NCBI GenBank assembly: GCA_951406725.2
Contig: OX597817.1
Coordinates: forward strand, 119,970,001 to 120,034,000
Length of the DNA stretch: 64,000 nucleotides
Direction: 5' to 3'
From: Octopus vulgaris
Lineage: Eukaryota
The notes under the pieces were generated by a model. It made no database searches and was not told the DNA's origin. It worked only from the letters and a program-made list of their open reading frames with translations. The first letter of the stretch is position 1; each line of letters opens with the position of its first letter. Made by a program: the position numbers and the translations under genes. Shown here one piece after another: positions 25,400 through 36,910 of this stretch.

Positions 25400-26456
25400 T
25401 ATTCACTTTTAATTTGCATGTTTGTTACAATCACTTGCCAATACACACCAAGTGCCCTAGAGCACGTGAAGGATAAGGGATGTTACGGTAAAACTGAAAG
25501 CTTGGGGAGTGAAGGTGGCAGGGGGCAGTTGTGAAATATCTCCATATAATACAACACAGAAGTGGAGGCATGTGGCTTAGTGGTTAGGGTGTCAGCACCA
25601 TGATCATAGGATTGTGGTTTTGATTCCTGGACCAGGCGACGCGTTGTGTTCTTGTGCAAAACACTTCATTTCACGTTGCTCCAGTCCACTCAGCTGGCAA
25701 AAATGAGTAACGCTGTGATGGACTGGCGTCCTGTCCAGCTGAGGAAGACATACACCATAGAAACCGGGAAATCAGGCCCATGAGCCTGGCTAGGCTTTAA
25801 AAGGGTGCATTTATTTATTTTTAATACAACAAAGACAATTAAATTGATAGGATTTTTCTAAGGATGTGACAGTACTTGTCACCACAATCTTTTGGAGTTC
25901 TCTAAGACATGGTTCTCCTGTAATATTGTCTCGATGTTTCTGACAACCCTTTTCTAGCATACCTAGGACACAGTTTTTGCTTTAAGATGTCACATCTTTT
26001 GTATTTCAATTTCCAGGTCCTTATATTTACTAAGTTTGTCAAATTCCTTTACAGGTATATTTTTATCAGTGGGAACGCTTACATTTATTGGTCTACAAGT
26101 ATTTTCTTCCCTGTCTTTAATAATTATGTCTGATCAATTAGCCTGGATCTTTCTGTTAGTGTTGACTGGAAAATCCCAAGGGATAGTCACATTTTTACCT
26201 TCAATGACTGGCTCAGGATGATGTTTGTACCAGTAAGCAGGAGTGTTGATTTTGTAGTGGTTACAGATTTTCCAATGTAATTACTGTCCTACCCTATCAT
26301 GATGATTTTTGTATTTGTTTGGTGTCAGTACAGGACATTTTAAAATGAGATGGTCTATTGTTTTATCAAATGTGTTGCAGAATCTGTATTTAGGGTCAGT
26401 ACCATTTTGAAGAATGTTAGGTTGGTAGTTTCTTGTAGGGAAACTTTGATCTCGTG

Positions 26457-26457
<1 letters not shown>
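25400..26457 (-). mobile_element. R4/Dong-clade LINE 3' end (CCHC knuckle plus restriction-like endonuclease), in (TAA)n
   Basis: RDQSFPTRNYQ...FCNTFDKTIDHLILKCPVL...HDRVGQ...HHPEPV...WDFPVN...DIII...KYKDLEIEIQKM; stop at 25839-25841; TAA arrays at 26458-26507 and 25387-25402. Confidence 0.85.
25562..25821 (+). mobile_element. SINE family D (tRNA head, CORE-like plus V-like motifs) nested in the LINE 3' UTR
   Basis: A box tggcttagtgg, B-like ttgattcc, tgtgatggactggcgtcctgtccag; TSD taatacaaca(c/a)aga at 25547-25560 / 25822-25835. Confidence 0.85.
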
Positions 26458-26508
<51 letters not shown>

Positions 26509-26845
26509 AACAATTCACAAAGGTGAAAACAGAGCTCAAGCAAGTAATTAAATCAGCTACAAACCAAGGTAAAACAAATGATGGACTGTGTTAGCAAATA
26601 ATACCAAATAAAAGTTTATAATGAGGAATAAGTTAGCTATGAAGAACAGGAGAAATCAGAAATTCTGACCATTATCTTTCAATGGGGAAGTAAGTTAACC
26701 TAGTAAATTAACCTCAAACCACCCATCTCTGATACCTTACAAGTACTAAAAATACTGGGTGGAAAAGACTACATGAAAATTAATTACCTAGAAAACCATA
26801 ACTTCCTTAGCTGTATTCAATATAGTATTTGTAAAGACTATTTAA

Positions 26846-27350
26846 CCCTCTTAATATCAACCTCAATGAAACCCTCTCTAGTTTTAATGAAACAAAATTG
26901 TCTTTTTTAAAATATTTCTATTGAAATTAAAACCTTACATCACAGTTTTATGCAAAAATATTTTGTTATGTTACAAACATCCTCTTAATAATGGTTTCAA
27001 ATTTTGGTACGAGGCCAACAATTTCGAGGGAGTGGGATAAATCAATTGCATCAGCCCCAGTGCTTGACTGGTACGTATTTTATCAACTCTGAAAGGATGA
27101 AATGCAATGTCAACCACAGCGGAATTTGAACTCAGAATGTAAAGACAGACAAAAAGCCACTCAGCATTCTGTTTGGCATGCTAACAATTCTGCCAGCTTG
27201 CTACCTTAAGCACCATCTTCATAATAAAAAAAAAAGATGTTAGTTATTTGTTAGTTATTTTACTCACTTTCTTCAAATTGTCGATTATTTTTGAAATCAA
27301 ATGACAAAACAGAGGCGGTGCATTTCATAAGAAACCTAATAATGAAAGGG
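26846..27350. mobile_element. piggyBac-like MITE containing a SINE
   Basis: TTAA|CCCT...AGGG|TTAA termini. Confidence 0.6.
26991..27208 (-). mobile_element. SINE family B nested in the MITE
   Basis: Aligns in reverse to 53758-54161; possible TSD catc(c/t)tc(t/a)taataa. Confidence 0.8.
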
Positions 27351-27885
27351 TTAACACAGCTCTTTAAATTTCATGAAAACATATCCGTTTCTTTTGACAG
27401 TTGCAAACAATGATGTCATATGCTTAGGTATAGTCAAATATCCAGACAATTCTTACAAAATGAAAGATCTTGCTTTTCAGTACAAACTGCATTTTGGCAT
27501 TCTGACTTCCTAAAGAAGAGTAAATAAATGATTACTACTAATGATATACTATCAGTGAAAACTCTTGCAATTAGTGTAATCCCACGAGGTATTATTCTTA
27601 CATGCCTTATCATGCTTGTTTCAGTTCTTCTCACATATACACATATACGTACTAATAAATAGATATAGATAAATATGTTTGCATAGAACATTCTGCTGTT
27701 CCTATATGTATGGTGTTATAATATGTGTTTCTTACTGAAATTTAGTATCATAACAGCAATTCAGTATCATAACAGAAAACAGGGACTGTACTGTTCTATA
27801 TCTAAGAGATGAGGAATTATGTACATTATTTACATTACTTACATTATTTACATTCGACGGATATTTGTCCTCATCTTTGTTGTTA

Positions 27886-27929
27886 ACACAACATTTCAGC
27901 TGATATACCCACCAGCCTTCTTCAGGTGT
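27886..27929 (-). ncRNA. Minimal type I hammerhead ribozyme (left arm)
   Basis: acac-CUGAAGA-a-ggcug[guggguauau]cagcu-GAAA-ug-UU-gugu. Confidence 0.7.
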
Positions 27930-27977
27930 CTTGGGGAAATTTTGAACCTGGGTTCTCATTCCTAAGGTATTCTTCGA

Positions 27978-28010
<33 letters not shown>

Positions 28011-28021
28011 CATTATTGTTC

Positions 28022-28095
28022 AGGTCACTGCTTGGAATCGAACTTTGAATCTTGGGGTTAGTAGCACGTGCTCTTAACCACTACGCCATATGCCC
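28022..28095 (-). promoter_or_regulatory. tRNA-derived internal Pol III promoter (A and B boxes)
   Basis: gggcata-TGGCGTAGTGG-ttaagagc...a-GTTCGATTCC-aagcagtgacc. Confidence 0.75.
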
Positions 28096-28229
28096 GAGGT
28101 TAAGAGCACATGCTACTAACTCCAAGATTCCGAGTTTGATTCCAAGCAGTGACCTGAATAATAATGATAATAATAATAACGTTGAAGAATACCTTAGGAA
28201 TGAGAACCCAAGTTCAAAATTTCCCCAAG

Positions 28230-28273
28230 ACACCTGAAGAAGGCTGGAGGGTATATCAGCCAAAATAGTGTGT
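28230..28273 (+). ncRNA. Degenerate hammerhead (right arm; G12 lost)
   Basis: acac-CUGAAGA-a-ggcug[gaggguauau]cagcc-aAAA-uagu-gugu. Confidence 0.5.
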
Positions 28274-28355
28274 TAACAACAAACAAGATGAGGACAAATG
28301 TCTGTTGAATGTAAATAATGTAAATAAGGGACTGTACTGTTATATATTTTAATCT

Positions 28356-28743
28356 GGATGGATATGGAAGCACTCCGTCGGTTACGATGATGAGGGTTCC
28401 GGTTGATCCGAATCAACGCAACAGCCTGCTCGTGAAATTAACGTGTAAGTGGCTGAGCACTCCACAGACATGTGTACCCTTAACGTAGTTCTCAGGGATA
28501 TTCAGCATGACACAGAGAGTGACAAGGCCGGTCCCTTGAAATACAGGTACAACAGAAACAGGAAGTAAGAGTGAGAGAAAGTTGTGGTGAAAGAGTACAG
28601 CAGGGATCACCCCCATCCCCTGCCAGAGCCTCGTGGAGCTTATAGGTGTTTTCGCTCAATAAACACTCACAACGCCCGGTCTGGGAATCGAAACCGCGAT
28701 CTTACGACCGCGAGTCCGCTGCCCTAACCACTGGGCCATTGCC
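28356..28743 (-). mobile_element. SINE family C (tRNA-derived), young
   Basis: Near-identical in reverse to 43931-44316; TSD ttaatct at 28349-28355 / 28744-28750. Confidence 0.9.
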
Positions 28744-30117
28744 TTAATCTATTGCCTTACATGAAAGTGGGACTTCAGCATGGCTTGATGTGCAATGACT
28801 AAAACAAACTAAAAAATAAACTAAAATACTTATTATTACCTTTAAAATTCTCCCATATTTATAGATATAGGTTTAGGTATTCAGCATCTAACACAGATAC
28901 TTTCAAGATATCTTTCTCATTCACTTCTGCTCTCTCACACACAAACACACACACACCTATTTATTTATTCAAGAAATCAGAAAGATTTACAAATTAATAA
29001 AAGCTTGAAGTCATAAATTTGACATTATTCTATATATTATATATAAGTAAGACACAGAGGCACAGATAGAGACCATATGATATCTAAAGAATAAAACTGA
29101 AAGGGAAATGATCATACAGCTTTTATTTACCAGGCAAGTATATTAGTTATTACACAGAGAGAGCATCACCTTGCATCACTCATTCATAGATTTACCTCTG
29201 GTGACACATGCATATATGTGTTTGTGTATGTATACACATACACTTATAAACACATACACATATACATATAACATATATATGTACATACAAACATATGTTC
29301 AGGCAGACAGATACACACACATACATTTACACATACACACGCACATATACATACAGCATACATACATACAAACATATGTACAAGTAGATAGATACATGCA
29401 CACACATGTATGTATGTATGTACACATATATACATATTATAGCTTAGTTGTTTCAGGTAATTTTTATCTGTGGAAGTTTATTTGCATCCTAATAGTACCA
29501 CTGAAGTGATGAGACATAAATATGTAATTGATTTTTCAATGATCATTCAAGCAAAGCGTTATTATTTGAAGAAAAGTCAAGTATAGACTTTCTGTCTAGT
29601 GTTATTTAAAGAAATATATCCCAAACAAATTTGCATGTGTTAAGATTTTCTTTTACATGCTTGAAGGCTTTGTGGATGTCATTAAACAAAAATGGTTCAT
29701 TTTAATTAATGATGTTAGGCAGATATGTTTTATGTTACAAATTAAATTTTCTTCTATGCTCATGACACAAAAGTCTGTGCTAGTTTGGAGTGAAAATTAA
29801 ATACTATTTAGAGTTGTAGTTAAGATCTTAAATATTGAACAGAATAAATGCTGCATGCCTTGAAATGACACCTATAATTAATATTATTAGTATTTTCCTT
29901 GGCACATAGTGAAATAGGAGAATCATCTAAAGATATATTTTTCTGGGAAACATCAAAATAGTTGCAGGTTACCCAAGGGAATATTAGCAGCCATCTTTAG
30001 CTACTTGAGAGTCTACATAGAGGTTTATTGTCTCACAAGATGAAAAATAAGAGCTAACGTACTGATAACAATTTGTCTTTATATCTGTATGGATATGTAT
30101 GCAAGTATACACGTATA

Positions 30118-30333
30118 CAGGGAGTACTAAAAAGTTCCTGGCTTTAAGGGTACAGTGAAAGGCCTGGTTGGAGGCCCAACTTTCCGAGTTCTTTTACAGG
30201 GCTTAGAAAACCTGAAGGACTATAGCAATAAGTGTGTGAATTTTAGACGGGAATATGTTATATAAAATCATAATTAACTGAGCCTCCTGTATTTTCTTTT
30301 ACCCAAAGCCAGGAACTTTTCAGCACCCTCACA
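30118..30333 (+). mobile_element. Mariner-derived MITE
   Basis: TIR core aaaagttcctggcttt / aaagccaggaactttt; interior encodes the mariner C-terminus GLENLKDYSNKCVNFRREYV; TA-flanked. Confidence 0.8.
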
Positions 30334-30391
30334 TACATGGAGACACATGTGCACATGCACACACTCACATCCATGCACACACATATATATA

Positions 30392-30541
30392 TTTTTCTAC
30401 TCTAGGCACAAGGCCCGAAATTTGGGGGGAGGGGGCCAGTTGATTAGATTGACCCCAGTATGCAACTGGTACTTGATTTATTAACCCCAAAAAGATGAAA
30501 GTCAAAGTCGACCTCAACGGATTTGAACTCAGAATGTAAAA
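30392..30541 (-). mobile_element. SINE family B, 3' part
   Basis: ctaggcacaaggcccgaaattt...gaccccagtatgcaactggtact...aaagtcgacc...tttgaactcagaa. Confidence 0.8.
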
Positions 30542-30571
30542 CATATATATATATATATATATATATATTTT

Positions 30572-30978
30572 TACTCTTTTATCTTTTACTTGTTTCAGTC
30601 ATTTGACTGCGGCCATGCTGGAGCACCGCCTTTAATCGAGGAGCTCGACCCTGGGACTTATTCTTTTGTAAGCCCAGTACTTATTCTATCGGTCTCTTTT
30701 GCTGAACCGCTAAGTAACGGGGACATAAACACACCAGCATCGGTTGTCAAGCAATGCTAGGAGGACAAACACAGACACACAAACACACATATATGTATAT
30801 ATACATACATATACACGACGGGCTTCTTTGAGTTTCCGTCTACCAAATCCACTCACAAGGCTTTGGTTGGCCCAAGGCTATAGTAGAAGACACTTGCCCA
30901 AGGTGCCACACAGTGGGACTGAACCCGGAACCATGTGGTTGGTAAACAAGCTACTTACCACACAGCCACTCCTGCGCC
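30572..30978 (-). mobile_element. SINE family A, full-length young copy
   Basis: Near-identical in reverse to 13923-14336 (shared gagctc and cttttgtaagccc variants). Confidence 0.92.
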
Positions 30979-31033
30979 TATATATATATTTATCAGCATG
31001 GCCACAGCTCATAAGCTGAAACTAGAATCAATC

Positions 31034-31128
31034 ATATATATGCACACATATATATATATGCACACATATATATATATGCACACATATATATATATGCACA
31101 CATATATATATATGCACACATATATATA
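31034..31128. repeat. 18-bp minisatellite (atgcacacatatatatat) x about 5
   Basis: Directly visible; MHTYIY repeats in the ORF track. Confidence 0.9.
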
Positions 31129-31329
31129 GAAATTGGTATGTGAGGTTCGACATGTGAATCACATTAAAGAAGACTAAAGGGAGAGAAACAGGTACATCAA
31201 GTTGACACTGCATGAGTTCAGTGAAGCAAGGAACTTTTGACCATGTAGAGGTCAAGGTGGCAAATCCGTTTGAGTGTGTGTGTACCGACAATGGAGAAAT
31301 CCGTTTCAGAAAATTCTCTCATACATCTT

Positions 31330-31453
31330 ATAAGTACTAGGCTTACAAAGAATAAGTCCTGGGGTCGATTTGATCGACTAAAGGCGGAGCTCCAGCATGG
31401 CCATTCTGAAATTCTGAAATTCCATTTCTGAAAACAGAACTTATCAAAAAAAT
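31330..31453 (-). repeat. Inverted two-piece copy of 32550-32623 and 32238-32288
   Basis: Exact reverse-complement matches, including SINE-copy-specific variants. Confidence 0.9.
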
Positions 31454-32510
31454 TCTGTGGGAATTTTTGAGCAGCAGATTATCATTTCTATTATACTTGC
31501 ATTGTTCAAAGTATTTTACAGAGAAAGAGAACAAAATGCTTGGAAGCATTCTCAACGAAATCTGCTTAGACAATCAATAACTTCTGAATTACTTGAATGG
31601 GACAGCTTTAGGAATTACATGCTTTATTTATAAGAAATTATTCACAAAAAGCATAATTAACGAATAAATAGCAATGATAATGGAGCTTTTTCAAGATAAA
31701 GGTAGAATCTCGATACATATGTGTATTTATTGTTTTACTATTAGCAAAAATATAAAAGAGAAATTGAAATAAATGAAAGTGTTTTAAGAAGTATGTTTAA
31801 ACAATTATTAATATCAAGTTTTAAAAAGACAATCGAAAAATAACAATTTACGAAAGCATTGTACTTTATGGGCAACATAAAAATAATTAATATTAATGTT
31901 TTTAAACAAGACAATAGAAGAAAAACATTGTTATAAACTATAGAGCACCTCAGCAATAAGAAACATGAAATTTTCAATAGAAGCAAAATTGTGAAAATGA
32001 AACCAACAAAAATTAATAAATGAAAGGAAAATAAAATCTCAGTGAGGCCTCTATTGCTGTGCCACCAATGACAGTCATTTTACATTAAGATTATGTTTGG
32101 TTATTCTGAAAACTCTTCATGTAGCGCTGGTTTCCTCAGTAAGGCAGCTCCTATAATTAGGCTTAACAAAAGACATCACTGAAAACCATTTTGATATGAG
32201 TATTTTGATGAAAATACTGGTAAATTGCTATTGAAAGATTTTTTTGATAAGTTCTGTTTTCAGAAATGGAATTTCAGAATTTCAGAATCATGTTTTGCAT
32301 GTTTTTTGGTACTGTTTTTTAACAATGCTTTTTAATTAAACTTTCAAGAATACACACTTTTGCCTCTAAAAGTGAGCTGTTTTGTAAATCAGTCAGTCAC
32401 ATCTCACATCAATCCACTGCAACATTTTCCCAGTCCAAGCTGTCTAAAGTTACACTGTCATCACACTCAATATATTTTGTAGTTTCTTCAAATGACCTGA
32501 ACTTTATAAA

Positions 32511-32922
32511 TCTCTTTACTTTCTTTTACTTGTTTCAGTCATGTGACTGTGGCCATGCTGGAGCTCCGCCTTTAGTCGATCAAATCGACCCCAGGACTTA
32601 TTCTTTGTAAGCCTAGTACTTATTTTATCGGTCTCTTTTTACTGAACTGCTAAGTTACGGGGACGTAAACACACCAGCATCGGTTGTCAAGTGATGTTGG
32701 GGGGACAAACACAGACACACAAACACGCACATACACATATATATATATATACATATATACAATGGGATTCTTTCAGTTTCTGTCTATCAAATCCACTCAC
32801 AAGGCTTTGGTCGACCCGAGGCTATGGTAGAAGACACGTACCCAAGGTGCCATGCAGTGGGACTGAACCTGGAACCATGTGGTTCGTAAGCAAGCTACTT
32901 ACCACACAGCCACTCCTGCACC
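32511..32922 (-). mobile_element. SINE family A, full-length
   Basis: Aligns to 11821-12233; possible TSD taaatc. Confidence 0.92.
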
Positions 32923-33107
32923 TAAATCGTGAAGAAATTTTTCATATATGCTTTTGAAACACTATGAATGTTTTTTTTTTTATGAATCTGAAGTTTAGTT
33001 ATAATCTTTTTAAGGTTTGAAAAGTATTTAGAAGTGCCAATGTTCACATCTCATTCAAAAATTATTTATTTTCATTTTTAAAGGTTTTATTTTATTATTC
33101 TCAAGCA

Positions 33108-33322
33108 TTAAGACAGCAAACTAACAGGTCATTAGCACACTGAACAAAGTGGTAGCGTATCGTATGTTTTTGTGTTCTGAGTTCAAATTCTGCCAAGGTC
33201 GACTTTGTCTTTCATCTTTTCAGAGTTGATAAAATAAGTACCAGTTGATTATTGAGATCAATGTAATCAACTATGCTCCTTCCCTCAAATTTCAGGCCTT
33301 GTGCCTATATTAGAAAGGATTA
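33108..33322 (+). mobile_element. SINE family B
   Basis: gagttcaaattctgccaaggtcgactttgtctttcatc...aataagtaccag...aggccttgtgcctat. Confidence 0.8.
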
Positions 33323-33540
33323 CTCTCAAACATAACACCAGTATGAAATACTTTAAACATGATAAGAAATATGTAGCAAAGAAAGCATTAATCTACAAAT
33401 TCACACATCAGATAATTCTTGACTAAACTTTTTACTTTGTAGTTTAATTAGTATACATTACTAGTATTCATCTTTCTAAAGTAAAATACTATAAAATATT
33501 AGTTATAATAATTATCTACGTAAATATTATTAGTTTCTCA

Positions 33541-33699
33541 GAGGCGTGGCTGTGTAGTAAGAAGCTTGCTTCCCAACCACATGATTCTGAGTTCAGTCCT
33601 GCTGCATGGCACCTTGGGCAAGTGCCTTCTACTATAGCCTTAGGCTGACCAAAGCCTTGTGAGTAGATTTGGTAGAGGGAAACTAAAAGAAGCCTGTCA

Positions 33700-33740
<41 letters not shown>

Positions 33741-33986
33741 TTTTTAATTTATTTATTTATGTGTGTGTGTGTTTATGTCTGTATTTGTCCTCCCCCCACA
33801 CCATTGCTTGACAACCAATGTTGGTTTGTCGATGTCCTCGTAATTTAGTGGTTCGGCAGAAGAGACCAACAGAATAAGCACCAGGCTTACAAAGAATAAA
33901 TCCAGGGGTCAATTTCTTTGACTAAAAGGCAGTGCTACAGCATGGCCCAGAGTCAATTGATTGAAACCAGTAAAAGAATAAAAGAA
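33541..33986 (+). mobile_element. SINE family A
   Basis: gaggcgtggctgtgtagtaagaagcttgc...catggcccagagtcaattgattgaaac. Confidence 0.88.
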
Positions 33987-34518
33987 TTAGCTTAGAAATA
34001 TTAACAGATTTGTTAGCATCTGTGCTGTCCATCTAAAAAAAATGGAAAACATCTTGACTTTATATATGAATATAAATGTGTAGGAGATAGCTTCATTGGA
34101 TTTTTTTCTGAGAACATTTAGGTGCAAAATCAAATACACTTACAATTAGCATTACCAAATTTGGAAATATTAACTGAAGTTACCTGCATTATATTCTTGA
34201 GTTATATGAAAAAAACGCCAACTAGCATTTTTATTAAACAATCGTTGCTGATGTCAATTTTGATAGGCATTGACAAAAAAAAGATGACGATTTTCAGTTT
34301 TCACGTCTAAATATCATAGAGAATATTCTTGATGTTAAGTGAATCTTTATAATCCCTGAAATCTGATTTTCTTAAGGGGCCTTCCTTATTGCAAGCAAAA
34401 GGTATTTATCTTTAAACTTCTGTTCAACAATACCTCGCTAAGTGATTCCGCTTCTTGCAGCAAAAAGCTATCTGGCCCCAGCTTCACATAAACAAAGTAT
34501 ATTTCATCTCTTAACTCA

Positions 34519-34555
<37 letters not shown>

Positions 34556-36910
34556 AGAATTTCCACTGTCTTTCATTTCACACATATTTACTCATAAACA
34601 TACACAACAAATTCTAAATTATATATATATTTTCACTTTGCATTATTAGATGATGATGATGATGATTGTTGAAGATATTTCCTTTTTCTCAGCTTGTCCT
34701 CACATTTTCCTCATCGGTATTCAAATACATACCAACCACTAAAAATTGGCAACCCCCGGCTCATAGCACAATGTACTAAAGATGTAATCTATATGAAAAG
34801 TACATGCATTTTATATTAAAAGCTAAACATAAAATGAAATTGTTAAAATGTCAGTATTAAAATGGTTAGTCATAGTTTGAAAAGATTTGTAGCATCATTT
34901 AAAAAGAAAATTGATATTCCATTGTCCATAAATAATCAACTTTTATCTACTTTAAATAATACCCCAGTGTTGTCATGACAAATCAGAATTGTGAGAAGTC
35001 AGAAAAACAAAAATTACATCAGATGTTATTAGACTACATGCTGTAGGACAAATCTTTTTTTTTTTCTTTTTTCTGGGCAACTTGCTCTGATAAAGGAGCA
35101 ATTTGCTGAATAATGTGTTTTAGACAGATACATAGAAGAATCTTTAACTAAGTCTATCAAACTGAGATAACCTTATGATCCATCATTTTAAAACATGCAA
35201 GTAATTTATCCAGTTCAAATCGAAATGGATGCTATCTTTATTTTTGTTTTAATTTAAAGAAAATTCAAATTGTTTTATGTCAAGCTGTTAGTGAAATGGT
35301 ACTTCATTTGCAAACATTAGCACAAATCAATATTAACTGAAAGTAATGGATAAATAAAATGAACTAAATGGTGTTAGTGGAGGTGAAGATGGAAGCTGTG
35401 TAGGTGCTACTTTATAAAAAAAAATTGAAGATTTATCAGAGAAGGTGAAAAAAAAAAGAAAGCTGAAGAAACTAAACACTATGCAACAAGTGTTAAAAGC
35501 AGTATGTCTGCATATAACAGGTTGGTGGGAGAAAAAAAAAAGCCTGATTTCTTTGTTTGGGGAATCCTACTAAAATATACACTGAAAATGTCTCATAATA
35601 TCCATTACTTAGATAGAATCTTAAAACAACTAGTGTATAGAAGATAACTATTATTCACTGATGTAAATTGATTAGTAGTCTCTTATGTGCAGAATTCATA
35701 AAACTGAAAATTTATATCAATATTATCCTTCTTTTCTTTTTTTTTGTCAAGATTCTGCTGTGCATTGGTTAGATAGAGCTTCAAAATGGCTGTTCTCCAA
35801 ATTTTTTCTTTTTTGTTTTTTTATACCTTGTTCTTAGAGTTCTTTCTCTTATTCTATACATTTGATAAGTATATTATATTAAAATACTTTTATTAAGGAA
35901 AAAATTAATTATTCAACTGCAAACTTAGCATACTCAACAATACCATTAGAAAAAGGAACTCAAAAGAATTTGATAATAAATATTATTTCCAGTAACACTT
36001 TATGTTATCTTGTTGTTATCTTTATTCCTACTGTATTTCAATAGTGCAATCATAAATTCTACACTAATAGACTATAAAGAATACACTGACATAAGGAGAT
36101 TTTAACTTAATTCTGGTCATAAAAGTTAGAATGATAGACAATGTGTGTGAATATGAATATGTATATTATATGCACTTACATTCACACATAAAAGTGCAGC
36201 TCTTCTTACAAAGACTACTCTAGTTGTTTGAGCGACTGAACTAACCTATTTACTGAGTTAGGCTGGAAGTGGCTAAGTATTTCACAGGCACTTGTAACCT
36301 TCAAGCAATTCTAAAACAGAACCAGCATGACTCAAGGTGTAACAAAATTAGGACAGTGCAGATGGAGTTCATCCAACAAGCTATCACATCAGATTCAATC
36401 TGCCTGATTTTACTAACAAGGTATGTGTTGACTCAAGACCATACTGAAAGACGTCATGCAATACATATATACACATGATATATTTAATCGCGCACGTGCA
36501 TGTGTGTGTGGGGGTGTTGTGGTGTAAATGTTATGAAAAACACAAAAAATTTAAGTAAAAAAAATAAACATAGTTTGATGCTCAGGAAATAGTGCTAATA
36601 AAAGAAAATGTCTTTAAGCATTTTAAGTATTCACTCTTCTTCCGAAATGTAGGATAAACTTGGAGAGAATAGAACTGAGAAGGAAAATTGGAGAAATTGA
36701 AAAGCACATGTTTGCAACTGTCATGGCATGGTGAATAAATGGAAGTAGAAAAGAGGTCACTTTAAGCATGAGTTGCAAGGATGACTAAATACATCTATAA
36801 CTGTATGCACACATTCCTGCCAGATCACATCATCACAGAGTGATGCTGATGAAGTTCTCTATCATCCACAATTTATCAACTCTCACTTTCACCCAACTAG
36901 ACTTTAATAA

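Larger units (their letters stand above)
27796..28326. mobile_element. Head-to-head palindromic retroposon: tRNA-like head + (TAA)n + hammerhead + tail
   Basis: Arms 27796-28096 (-) and 28098-28326 (+); TSD agggactgtactgtt at 27781-27795 / 28327-28341. Confidence 0.85.
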
